Assembly: GCA_031370825.1 (NCBI GenBank)
Contig: JANMRB010000157.1
Span: 14,556-78,555 of the forward strand
DNA length: 64,000 bases
Direction of reading: 5' to 3'
Source of the DNA: Ilumatobacteraceae bacterium
Lineage (GTDB): Bacteria > Actinomycetota > Acidimicrobiia > Acidimicrobiales > Ilumatobacteraceae
Positions 8,911-17,307 of this stretch are shown piece by piece. Within the stretch, counting starts at the first letter, position 1, and each line of letters begins with the position of its first letter. The notes beneath the pieces were generated by a model, which ran no database searches, was not told the DNA's origin, and worked only from the letters and a program-made list of their open reading frames with translations. A program made the position numbers and the translations under genes.

Positions 8911-9726
8911 TCAAGTAGCAGGGAACATGAAACAACCAACGGTGCCCGCACCGGCATACACACCGACGCTCGGCCCGATTCGGTATCGAACGACTTCGAC
9001 CACGTTTGCCGATTTGCCGAGTGCATCGGCGAGGACCTGCGTGAACTGTTGGACGGTTCGATCGCTCTGACCCACTGCGACGTTCAGCCGAGGGCCCCAT
9101 CCGAGGGCAGTGGTCGCCATCGCCTTGACGGCCTCGACGGGGGTGCTGGCGTTGGCTACCACGTCGAGCCGCCCCGCGTGAATGGCCATGACCGCGACAC
9201 CGGTGGTTGTGCTGACCTTGCCGGAACGGATGAACTCCGACTGTCCCACCACCATCACAGCACCGATGTTCGGGGCGAGCGACTCGGCAACTTGAACCGC
9301 TTCGTTGAGCTTGGCTCCGCGAGCCACTGCCTCGCCCGCTGCCCAGACGCAGCAGCTCACGCCGAACCCCGCTGTGCCCGAGTCCACCAGTCGAACCGGT
9401 ACCGGTAGCGAACGTGCAGCCAAGCGCGCCGAGTTGAGCGTTCCCGACGCGGTTGCCGTGACATGGATCGACAGGATCTCGTCGCAGCCGCGATGCAACA
9501 GCGACTCGTATGCAGCAGCAAACTGGCCAGGGCTCGGTTGGCTGGTGCTGACAGCCGGCGAGGGTTCCGCGCTCAACATCGCGTAAAACCGATCGGCGTC
9601 GAGATCGACACCTTCGAGGTAATCGTGCTCGTCGACAGTCACCGTCACCGGGACCACCTCGACGTCATACCGTTCGATGAGCATGGCGGGCAACTGCGAG
9701 TTGGAGTCGGTACAGATGCCGATCAT
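8911..9726 (-). CDS. DegV family fatty-acid-binding protein
   Basis: MIGICTDSNSQLPAMLIERYDVEVVPVTVTVDEHDYLEGVDLDADRFY is a typical DegV N-terminus. Length is 271 aa. Confidence 0.85.
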   Translation of the reverse strand: MIGICTDSNSQLPAMLIERYDVEVVPVTVTVDEHDYLEGVDLDADRFYAMLSAEPSPAVSTSQPSPGQFAAAYESLLHRGCDEILSIHVTATASGTLNSARLAARSLPVPVRLVDSGTAGFGVSCCVWAAGEAVARGAKLNEAVQVAESLAPNIGAVMVVGQSEFIRSGKVSTTTGVAVMAIHAGRLDVVANASTPVEAVKAMATTALGWGPRLNVAVGQSDRTVQQFTQVLADALGKSANVVEVVRYRIGPSVGVYAGAGTVGCFMFPAT

Positions 9727-9824
9727 GGGCGCGATCCGGCTAGGGCATCGAGTCGCATGTGGGCACGATAAGCCAAACTTCCACCCATATCGATGGCGCC
9801 TGGTGAAAATGCGTCAAGGGTTCG

Positions 9825-10259
9825 TCAAGAACCGAGTGCCACCAACCACGCCGGCAACCGCGTGGGTCGACCAGTTGCGGTGACGCATCCGTGGACGGTC
9901 ACCGCTGTGGCCCTGGCCTGGTCGTCCACTGTCAGCAGGTACGCCATCTGGAACGCCGTGCGCGTCGGCGATGCCAGTCGCAGATGGACGTCGACCTGCT
10001 CGTCGAAGCGCAACGGCTGCCTGTACTGCACGAAGCATTCGAGAACCGTGTAGTCCAGGCCATCTGCACGCATCTCGGAGTAGGGGTGGCCCAGGTCTCG
10101 AAGATAGGCAACGCGGGTCTCCTCCAGGTATGGCAGATACCGACTGTGATGAACGATTCCCATGGCGTCCGTTTCGGCGAACCGGACCCGGATGCGGTGA
10201 TGAAACGGATACGCAGTCGCGTCGAGCGACGGCTCCACGGAGAGACGCACGGACCGCAC
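9825..10259 (-). CDS. acyl-CoA thioesterase, 4HBT/YbgC-like hotdog fold
   Basis: HRIRVRFAETDAMGIVHHSRYLPYLEETRVAYLRDLG matches the hotdog thioesterase catalytic region. Length is 144 aa. Confidence 0.8.
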   Translation of the reverse strand: MRSVRLSVEPSLDATAYPFHHRIRVRFAETDAMGIVHHSRYLPYLEETRVAYLRDLGHPYSEMRADGLDYTVLECFVQYRQPLRFDEQVDVHLRLASPTRTAFQMAYLLTVDDQARATAVTVHGCVTATGRPTRLPAWLVALGS

Positions 10260-10358
10260 GGTAGCTCCCCGCAGCCCCCTACCAGCTGGAATCGGCTGGC
10301 GCGATTCGCAAGACCTGCTGATAGTGTTGCGACGCTCTCAACCGGAAGAAGTTCCCTA

Positions 10359-10431
10359 GCCCCCATCGTCTAGTGGCCTAGGACACCACCCTTTCAAGGT
10401 GGCGGCACGGGTTCGAATCCCGTTGGGGGTG
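10359..10431 (+). tRNA. tRNA-Glu (anticodon UUC)
   Basis: Hand-folded cloverleaf. Acceptor GCCCCCA/TGGGGGT has a G1-U72 pair, which as I recall also occurs in mycobacterial tRNA-Glu. Anticodon arm CCACC-CTTTCAA-GGTGG. T arm ACGGG-TTCGAAT-CCCGT. CCA is not encoded. Confidence 0.9.
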
Positions 10432-10453
10432 CTGGTCAGATTGGTTTCAATCT

Positions 10454-10527
10454 GGTCCCGTGGTGAAGCTGGAGTTCACGCCGGCCTGTCAAGCCGGAGG
10501 TCGCGGGTTCGAGTCCCGTCGGGACCG
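10454..10527 (+). tRNA. tRNA-Asp (anticodon GUC)
   Basis: Acceptor GGTCCCG/CGGGACC. The anticodon loop CTGTCAA is flanked by GCCGG/CCGGA... T arm GCGGG-TTCGAGT-CCCGT. Confidence 0.9.
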
Positions 10528-10565
10528 CTCATAATCAGTAATCAAGTAGGTCGGTTTCAAAATAC

Positions 10566-10638
10566 GGTCGAGTAGCTCAGTCGGCAGAGCACACGCCTGA
10601 AAAGCGTGGGGTCACCGGATCGACGCCGGTCTCGACCA
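10566..10638 (+). tRNA. tRNA-Phe (anticodon GAA) with an unusual A54 in the T-loop
   Basis: Acceptor GGTCGAG/CTCGACC. D arm GCTC-AGTCGGCA-GAGC. Anticodon arm CACGC-CTGAAAA-GCGTG. T arm ACCGG-ATCGACG-CCGGT. Confidence 0.85.
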
Positions 10639-10770
10639 CAGCACGGCTAACAAGCGCAGGCATCGCAGTGGGCACATACGGCCCACCACGGTGCCTGCGT
10701 CGCGTGTGCGCCAGTATCCTCGCCGCGTGGCAATCAGCCCGACGGCCAGCGTTCCAAGCGCGCGACGATC

Positions 10771-12924
10771 ATGAGCGAGCGCGAGCGCGCGTCTCTCGAA
10801 CGCCAGCTCGTCGAGGCACTGGAAGGGCTCGATGACTCTGGCATCGCATCCAGCCGATCGATCGAACTCGCAGATCACGCGCTCGATCTGACGCACCTCT
10901 ATGACGTGCAACTGGCCAGCCGCCATTGCGACCTCGCCGCGCGCTGGCTGCGATCGCGGGGCAAGGGCTACTACACGATCGGTTCCGCCGGGCACGAGAG
11001 CAATGCCGTTCTGGCCATGACGACACGACCGACCGACCCGGCTCTGTTGCACTACCGCAGCGGCGGCTTCTACCTCGGCCGCGCCGGCCTCACCGGGGTC
11101 AGCGACATCCTTTCGGGGGTCGTCGCTGCGACCAGCGAGCCCATCTCGGGCGGACGGCACAAGGTCTTCGGCCGACACGATCTGGCCATCATCCCGCAGA
11201 CATCGACCATCGCTTCGCATCTGCCGCGTGCCGTGGGAGTGGCCTTCGCCATCGATCGCGCCGCCAAGCTCAAGGTCGAATCCCCTTGGCCGTCCGATGC
11301 GATCACCGTGTGCAGCTTCGGCGACGCGTCGACCAACCATTCGGTGGCGGCCGGCTCGTTCAATGCTGCCGCCTACTGCTCGTACCAAGGCCTGCCCTTG
11401 CCGTTGCTCTTCGTGTGCGAGGACAACGGTCTCGGCATCAGCGTGCGCACACCCGTTGGTTGGATCGAAACGGCGTTCGGCTCGCGGCCGCATCTTCGCT
11501 ACGCCGCGGTCGACGGCGCCGACACGCTCGCCGTCGCTGAGGTAGCCGGCGACCTCGCTGATTGGGTCAGGCTCAAGCGCAAGCCAGCCTTCTTACATCT
11601 CCGCACGGTTCGGTACGGCGGGCACGCTGGAACCGATGTCGAGTCCGCGTATCGCAGCGCGCACGAGATCCGCGCAGACGCAGACCGCGACCCGATCATC
11701 GGCACTGCGAGAGCGTTGTTGGCCGAGGGTTGGACGACGTCCGACCTTCTGCGACGGCACGACGAGATCGCCGACATGGTGCAGAAGATCGCCGCGGAAC
11801 TCGCCGATGCCGAGCAGTTGACGACCGCCGAAGAGGTCGTGCGACCGCTCGCGATCCGCCGCCCCGGCGAGGTCGAGCGACTCGCCAGGCGGTTGACCCC
11901 GACGGAACCGGGCGAACCGCTGACGTTCGCCCAAGCGGTCAACACCACGTTGGCGTCGGTGCTGAAGCGTCAACCCAACGTCTTGGTCTTCGGTGAGGAC
12001 GTCGCGGTCAAAGGTGGCGTGTACGGCGTGACGAAGGGGCTGATGGCGAAGGCGGGCGGTGGACGTGTCTTCGACACGCTGCTCGACGAAACCTCCATCC
12101 TCGGCCTGGCCAACGGGAGCGCCATCAGTGGCTTCGTGCCGATCCCGGAGATCGAATACCTGGCCTACCTCCACAACGCCGAGGACCAACTGCGCGGCGA
12201 GGCCGCAACGCTGTCGTTCTTCTCCAACGGTCAATACCGCAATGGACTCGTGGTGCGCGTCGCCGGCTACGGGTACCAGGAGGGCTTCGGCGGGCATTTT
12301 CACAACGATGACGCGATCGCCGTGCTGCGCGACATCCCTGGCCTGGTCCTTGCTTCTCCCTCGCGACCCGATGATGCCGCGGCGATGCTGACCACCTGTG
12401 TTGCCGCTGCCCAAGTCGACGGCACCGTGTCGGTGTTTCTCGAGCCGATCGCTCGCTACCACACCCAGGACCTGTTCGACACCGGCGATCGAGAGTGGAT
12501 GGCGGCGATCAACACCGACGAGCACGTCCCCATCGGCTCGGCCAGGACCTACGGCGACGGCCTCGATCTGACCATCGTCACCTGTGGGAACGGTGTGCTC
12601 CTGAGCCTGAGGGTCGCCCGACGGCTCGCCGGTCGCGGTGTCGGCGTGCGCGTGGTCGATCTCCGCTGGCTCGCACCGTTGCCGATCGAGGACCTCATCC
12701 GGGAGGCGCACGCCACCAAGGCCGTGCTGGTCGCTGACGAAACCCGTGCGAGCGGCGGATGGAGCGAAGGTGTCGTGACTGCACTCATCGAGGCAGGAAT
12801 CACCACTCGCGTCGGCAGGGTCACGAGCAAAGACAGCTTCATTCCACTCGGCGACGCAGCCAAGCTCATGCTTCTCAGTGAGGACGAGGTCGAGGCGGCG
12901 GCCTACGGACTGCTGCACAGCTGA
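10771..12924 (+). CDS. thiamine-diphosphate-dependent 2-oxoacid dehydrogenase E1 component, fused alpha and beta subunits
   Basis: 717-aa ORF. The N-terminal half is E1-alpha-like (YYTIGSAGHESN..., CSFGDASTNHS, LLFVCEDNGLGISV). The C-terminal half is E1-beta/transketolase-like (NVLVFGEDVAVKGGVYGVTKGL, VFDTLLDETSILGLANG). Confidence 0.8.
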   Translation: MSERERASLERQLVEALEGLDDSGIASSRSIELADHALDLTHLYDVQLASRHCDLAARWLRSRGKGYYTIGSAGHESNAVLAMTTRPTDPALLHYRSGGFYLGRAGLTGVSDILSGVVAATSEPISGGRHKVFGRHDLAIIPQTSTIASHLPRAVGVAFAIDRAAKLKVESPWPSDAITVCSFGDASTNHSVAAGSFNAAAYCSYQGLPLPLLFVCEDNGLGISVRTPVGWIETAFGSRPHLRYAAVDGADTLAVAEVAGDLADWVRLKRKPAFLHLRTVRYGGHAGTDVESAYRSAHEIRADADRDPIIGTARALLAEGWTTSDLLRRHDEIADMVQKIAAELADAEQLTTAEEVVRPLAIRRPGEVERLARRLTPTEPGEPLTFAQAVNTTLASVLKRQPNVLVFGEDVAVKGGVYGVTKGLMAKAGGGRVFDTLLDETSILGLANGSAISGFVPIPEIEYLAYLHNAEDQLRGEAATLSFFSNGQYRNGLVVRVAGYGYQEGFGGHFHNDDAIAVLRDIPGLVLASPSRPDDAAAMLTTCVAAAQVDGTVSVFLEPIARYHTQDLFDTGDREWMAAINTDEHVPIGSARTYGDGLDLTIVTCGNGVLLSLRVARRLAGRGVGVRVVDLRWLAPLPIEDLIREAHATKAVLVADETRASGGWSEGVVTALIEAGITTRVGRVTSKDSFIPLGDAAKLMLLSEDEVEAAAYGLLHS

Positions 12925-12983
12925 ACCTCCAAGTCCTGTGCCGACCGAAGTACCGTTGATCAACGAATGAGCGAGGTGACGGA

Positions 12984-13994
12984 ATGGACAAGCGGCTGAT
13001 CGTGTCTGCATCTCTTTCCGTTGCGTTGGTCTTGGCATCGTGCGGAGGCGACAGCAAAGTCGCGACCAAGGATGCCTTCAGCGATCAATTGGCCAGCGTC
13101 TGTCGAACCATCGGACGCGGGATCGGCAATCTCGACGCGGCGACGTCGCTCGAAGAGGTTCGCAGCAATGCCACCAACGCCTCGGCGCTCTACGAGGATG
13201 GGCTCAATGAGCTCAAGAAGCTGAAGATCCCGACGAGCGACAAGGATTTCGAGGCTGACGTGACCGACCTCATCGCTAGCTATGAGGATCAGCTCGACAC
13301 GCTCGATGCAATTGCCAAGGCTGCCAAGGAGAGCGACCAGGAGGCCGTCGACAGCAGGATCGGCAAGCTCACCGACCAGGCGGCGGGCAGCAACGAGCTG
13401 GCAGACAACCTCAACGTCAGCCGGTGTCAACTCGACCCCGTGTTCGAGTCTGCTCCGGCAACGACCGAGCCGACGCCTGCGCTGACCCTGCCAATCGCCA
13501 CGCTGCCGCCCAGGACGATCCCCGTCGACACCGTTCCGCTCGACACAACTCCGTTCGGCAACAAGGTGGTCCTGTCCTCGAACGCGCTCGTTCCGCTCGG
13601 CGATTACACGTTTGCGGACGCACCCGATGACACGATCAAGGGCTTCCATGCATTGCTCGACCTGTCGCCGCTCATGGCCGCTCAGTCGGGTCAGATCAGC
13701 GGGATCGACGTGATCGGTTCGGACGGCCAGCCGATGGGTCGCGTGTTCGCATTCGAATCCGACACGGACCCTCTGACGCCCGGCTCCCTGGAGGAAGACA
13801 CTCCCTTCCTCACTAGCGACGTACCCACAACACCATTGACGGTGGGCACCCAGGAGGGTATGACCTGGAGCGACCCGGACGGCACCACGTACTTCCTTCT
13901 CGGAGTCAGCAACGTGCTGCTCTGGGCATTGTCACCATCCGCTGACCTCCTGCAGCCGACGTTGCAGGCTTGGGGCGAAAGCGTCTCCCAGTAG
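12984..13994 (+). CDS. hypothetical lipoprotein
   Basis: Signal peptide with lipobox: MDKRLIVSASLSVALVLASCGGDS. SD GAGGTG lies upstream. No recognisable catalytic motif. Confidence 0.7.
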   Translation: MDKRLIVSASLSVALVLASCGGDSKVATKDAFSDQLASVCRTIGRGIGNLDAATSLEEVRSNATNASALYEDGLNELKKLKIPTSDKDFEADVTDLIASYEDQLDTLDAIAKAAKESDQEAVDSRIGKLTDQAAGSNELADNLNVSRCQLDPVFESAPATTEPTPALTLPIATLPPRTIPVDTVPLDTTPFGNKVVLSSNALVPLGDYTFADAPDDTIKGFHALLDLSPLMAAQSGQISGIDVIGSDGQPMGRVFAFESDTDPLTPGSLEEDTPFLTSDVPTTPLTVGTQEGMTWSDPDGTTYFLLGVSNVLLWALSPSADLLQPTLQAWGESVSQ

Positions 13995-13997
13995 CCC

Positions 13998-14576
13998 GTG
14001 CCGCTCCAACTGACCTTCGTCACCTCCGCCAAGCGCCACGTCGACCTCCCCGACTCACCTGGGGAAGTCGCCATCGTCGGTCGTTCGAACGTCGGCAAAT
14101 CCTCGCTGATCAACGCACTGGCCAACCGCCGCCAACTCGCCAAGGTCTCGAAAACGCCGGGACGCACCCAACTGATCAACATGTTCGTGCTGCCGAACGA
14201 GGCCACGGTCGTCGACCTGCCGGGCTACGGATACGCGGCGGTGCCCGGTCGCGAGCGGGCTACCTGGCAGGCGATGATCGAGGGCTACCTCTTGGAGCGC
14301 GAGCCGTTGGTGCTGGTGTTCGTGCTGGTCGATGGCGAGATCGGCCCGACGAAGCTCGACCTGCAGATGCTGGCCTGGTTGCAGGGCAACGGCGTGCCGT
14401 ACCAGATTGTGGCGACAAAGCTCGATAAGGTGAAGCCATCGAAGTTGGCCGGCCGGCGACAACAACTCGCCCGTGACTGCCTGCTCGACGAGGGTGATGT
14501 GATGTGGGTGAGCGCCAGCAAGGGCACGGGAATCGACCGTCTACAGGCCCACGTCAATGCGATGCTGACCGTATGA
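13998..14576 (+). CDS. engB: ribosome biogenesis GTP-binding protein YsxC/EngB
   Basis: G1 motif VAIVGRSNVGKSSLINAL, G2 region PGRTQ, G3 VVDLPGYGYA, G4 ATKLDK. GTG start lies 3 nt after the upstream stop. Confidence 0.9.
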   Translation: MPLQLTFVTSAKRHVDLPDSPGEVAIVGRSNVGKSSLINALANRRQLAKVSKTPGRTQLINMFVLPNEATVVDLPGYGYAAVPGRERATWQAMIEGYLLEREPLVLVFVLVDGEIGPTKLDLQMLAWLQGNGVPYQIVATKLDKVKPSKLAGRRQQLARDCLLDEGDVMWVSASKGTGIDRLQAHVNAMLTV

Positions 14577-14648
14577 TGTCTGTTCCTTGAGAGTTCCACC
14601 GGAACTACCCGTTGCGGCAAGACCACCACGTGGAGTAGTGTTTGCTCC

Positions 14649-17246
14649 GTGGCAGGACGGGACCCCCGAACGACCGGACAACTGATGACACGACTGGGTT
14701 ATCGGGCCGAAGTCTCGCGCTCTGAGCAGGTGCGATGGCTCGTTTCACGTTGTGAGCCGCTGTTGCTCGTGACCTTGTCGATCCACTACCTGCTGCGCAC
14801 CCCGGTGTGGCCCGTGTCGATTCCAGTTCTGATCGCGGCCGTCGCCGGCTTGGCGCTCGGGCTGTTCGGCACTGTTTATCCGACCAACTCTCGGCTGAGC
14901 CTCGTTCGGGCGACGGTTGCGACCGCCTTGCTGATGGCGATGTCGCTGGTGCTGTCGCATCACCTGGTCGACCTCGTGCCCTGGTTCTCGATCCTCGGAA
15001 TCAGCTATCCGCTCGTCTTCGGTCTGCGCCGCGCATACCCATTCGTGATCGCAAACTCGATCGGCGTCGGTGTGGCAGCGACGTCGGTCTTCGGCGTCAC
15101 GTCCGGCCTGATGCGTGTTCCCATCGTGCTGATCGGCGGCGTGCTGGCCGGACTGGTGGCCGACGCACTCGAACAGGCAACGACAGCTGCGACAACGGCC
15201 ACGCGCGACGCGGCACGAGCACGCACGAGTGAGAACTACCTGCGAACGGTGCTGAACACCGCACCGATCGGAATCCTGGTGATCGGCGCCGAGCTCGAGA
15301 ACTCGTTCATGAACGCCCGCATCTCCCAGTTCCTCGATTCTGCGCCAGTGCTCAACGACCTCGAGGCACTGCGCGCGTACCTCGACCCCGATGACCGTCA
15401 CATCTTCGACAAGTTGCGTGCGAAGGTCGCCGATGGTGAGACGGCGACATACAGCTGCCGCTTGGACCTGCCTAACATCGGCCGGCGCAACGTGCAGATC
15501 GTTGCCGCACCCGCAATCGACGACCACGGCCAGCACACGGGCACCGTCGTGATCGTTCGCGACATGAACGACGAGGTCGGGCGCAGGCGTGAGATGGAGC
15601 GCTTCCGCGCTGTCGCCGACGCGACGACCGATCTGGTCGCGATCGCATCGTTCGGAGATGGCACCAACTACCTCAACCCGGCGGGCGAACGATTCTTCGG
15701 AGCCAACCCGCTGAACCGCAACGACACCTTGAAGTTCATACCAGAGGAGTATCGCGAGACGATGTTCGCCGAGATCGGCGAAGCGATCCGCGACGGTGGC
15801 ACGTGGAGCGGCGAGATCGAGATGGTCGATCAGGACGGCGAACGCCATCCCATGTCGGGCGTCGCCGTTGGGATCCGCGACGAGCAAGGTCACCTCGAAG
15901 GCTTCGCGGTGACCTACCGCGACCTGTCAGATCGCAAGCGACTCGAGGCCCGTCTGGCACACGACGCCGGCCACGACGCATTGACCGGCCTCCCGAACCG
16001 GCAGCAGCTCTTCAACCTTCTGACCAACACGATCGGCGACCGCGAGCGCATGGCCGTGATGTTCTGCGACCTCGACGACTTCAAGGTCGTCAACGACAGC
16101 CTCGGCCACTCTGTCGGTGACCGCCTGCTGCAGGTGGTCGCCGACCGTTTGCAGACTGCGACGCGCGGCGGCGACATCGTCGGCCGGCTTGGTGGCGACG
16201 AGTTCCTCGTGGTGTGCCGCAACATCGGCACCGATCTCGAGGTCGCTGCCATCGCTGACCGCCTGCTCAGCGCGGTCAAAGCTCCGATCAGCCTCGATGG
16301 TCGCGAGCACGTGGTCTCGATGAGCGTCGGCGTTGCCTTCGGCATCGGCTCCGACCCGGCCAACGAGATCGTTCAACGCGCCGACCTGGCGATGTACGCG
16401 GCCAAGCAGGCGGGCCGCCGACGCGTCGCCTTGTTCGATCAGACGATGCGGCGCCAGGTCGACGACAGGCTCGACATGGAACGCGAGCTCCGCGCCGCCT
16501 TCCGCGACAATCAGCTGTCGCTGCACTACCAACCCATCGTCAACACCGGCACTCGCGAGGTGCTCGGCTTCGAGGCGTTGGTCCGGTGGCAGCACCCGAC
16601 ACGAGGTCTGATCCTGCCCGGCAAGTTCATGCCGATCATCGAAACGGCCGGCTTCTCGATACAACTCGGCGAGTTCGTGCTCAACGAGGCCACGCGCGCC
16701 GCATCGTTGCTGCGCCTGCGTGCCCCGAACCTCAGCATGTCGATCAACCTGTCCGCGGCCGAGCTAAACGACGGCAATCTGGTCGAAAACGTGGCGAAGG
16801 CGATCACTCGCGCCGGCATCGGCGCGTCGGCTCTCACCGTGGAGATCACCGAAGACATCGTGATGGCCGACATAGTCGCCGCCAAGCCGCAACTTGACGA
16901 GCTGCACGGCCTCGGCGTTCGCATTGCCATCGACGACTTCGGGACTGGGTACTCCAACCTGGCCCTGCTGCGGCAGTTCGCCGCCGACTTCGTCAAGATC
17001 GATCGCAGCCTCATCAGCGGTCTCGATACCGAGCGCGGTGGCAGCGAGTTCGTCAGGTTGATCCTGTCGCTGGCCCACGAGCTCGGGTATGCGCCGATCG
17101 CCGAAGGCGTCGAGACCGAGGCCCAGCTCGACGAGCTGCGCCGGTTGGAATGCAAGATGGCGCAGGGATTCCTGTTTGCCAAGCCGATGACGTTGGCCGA
17201 TGCATTGGCGTTTGCCAGCAGCGGTGCGTACGGACAGCGGGTCTGA
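14649..17246 (+). CDS. membrane-anchored PAS-GGDEF-EAL c-di-GMP signalling protein
   Basis: The N-terminus has about 5-6 TM helices, followed by PAS-like regions. GGDEF domain has an I-site (RGGDIVGRLGGDEFLV) and GLPNRQ. EAL domain motifs appear intact (FEALVRW, SINLS, DDFGTGYSNL, KIDRSLI, EGVETE). The exact start is uncertain (GTG 14649 or ATG 14685). Confidence 0.9.
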   Translation: MAGRDPRTTGQLMTRLGYRAEVSRSEQVRWLVSRCEPLLLVTLSIHYLLRTPVWPVSIPVLIAAVAGLALGLFGTVYPTNSRLSLVRATVATALLMAMSLVLSHHLVDLVPWFSILGISYPLVFGLRRAYPFVIANSIGVGVAATSVFGVTSGLMRVPIVLIGGVLAGLVADALEQATTAATTATRDAARARTSENYLRTVLNTAPIGILVIGAELENSFMNARISQFLDSAPVLNDLEALRAYLDPDDRHIFDKLRAKVADGETATYSCRLDLPNIGRRNVQIVAAPAIDDHGQHTGTVVIVRDMNDEVGRRREMERFRAVADATTDLVAIASFGDGTNYLNPAGERFFGANPLNRNDTLKFIPEEYRETMFAEIGEAIRDGGTWSGEIEMVDQDGERHPMSGVAVGIRDEQGHLEGFAVTYRDLSDRKRLEARLAHDAGHDALTGLPNRQQLFNLLTNTIGDRERMAVMFCDLDDFKVVNDSLGHSVGDRLLQVVADRLQTATRGGDIVGRLGGDEFLVVCRNIGTDLEVAAIADRLLSAVKAPISLDGREHVVSMSVGVAFGIGSDPANEIVQRADLAMYAAKQAGRRRVALFDQTMRRQVDDRLDMERELRAAFRDNQLSLHYQPIVNTGTREVLGFEALVRWQHPTRGLILPGKFMPIIETAGFSIQLGEFVLNEATRAASLLRLRAPNLSMSINLSAAELNDGNLVENVAKAITRAGIGASALTVEITEDIVMADIVAAKPQLDELHGLGVRIAIDDFGTGYSNLALLRQFAADFVKIDRSLISGLDTERGGSEFVRLILSLAHELGYAPIAEGVETEAQLDELRRLECKMAQGFLFAKPMTLADALAFASSGAYGQRV

Positions 17247-17307
17247 TCCGCCTGTAGTATCGAATCGGCAAACGTCGCCGAAAACATAGGCCATCGAGGT
17301 AGGCGGC

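Noticed and set aside
10359-10770. tRNA cluster as an integration site for a genomic island.
   Set aside because: No integrase, no direct repeat of a tRNA 3' end, and no compositional break are visible downstream. The Glu-Asp-Phe trio is a conserved actinobacterial arrangement.
10612-11493. 293-aa minus-strand ORF overlapping the tRNA-Phe 3' end and the E1 gene.
   Set aside because: It is antisense to a strongly supported E1 dehydrogenase gene, overlaps a tRNA, and has no motifs.
14592-14606. Small hairpin AGTTCC-acc-GGAACT just after the engB stop.
   Set aside because: The stem is only 6 bp and there is no U-tract. That is too weak to call a terminator.
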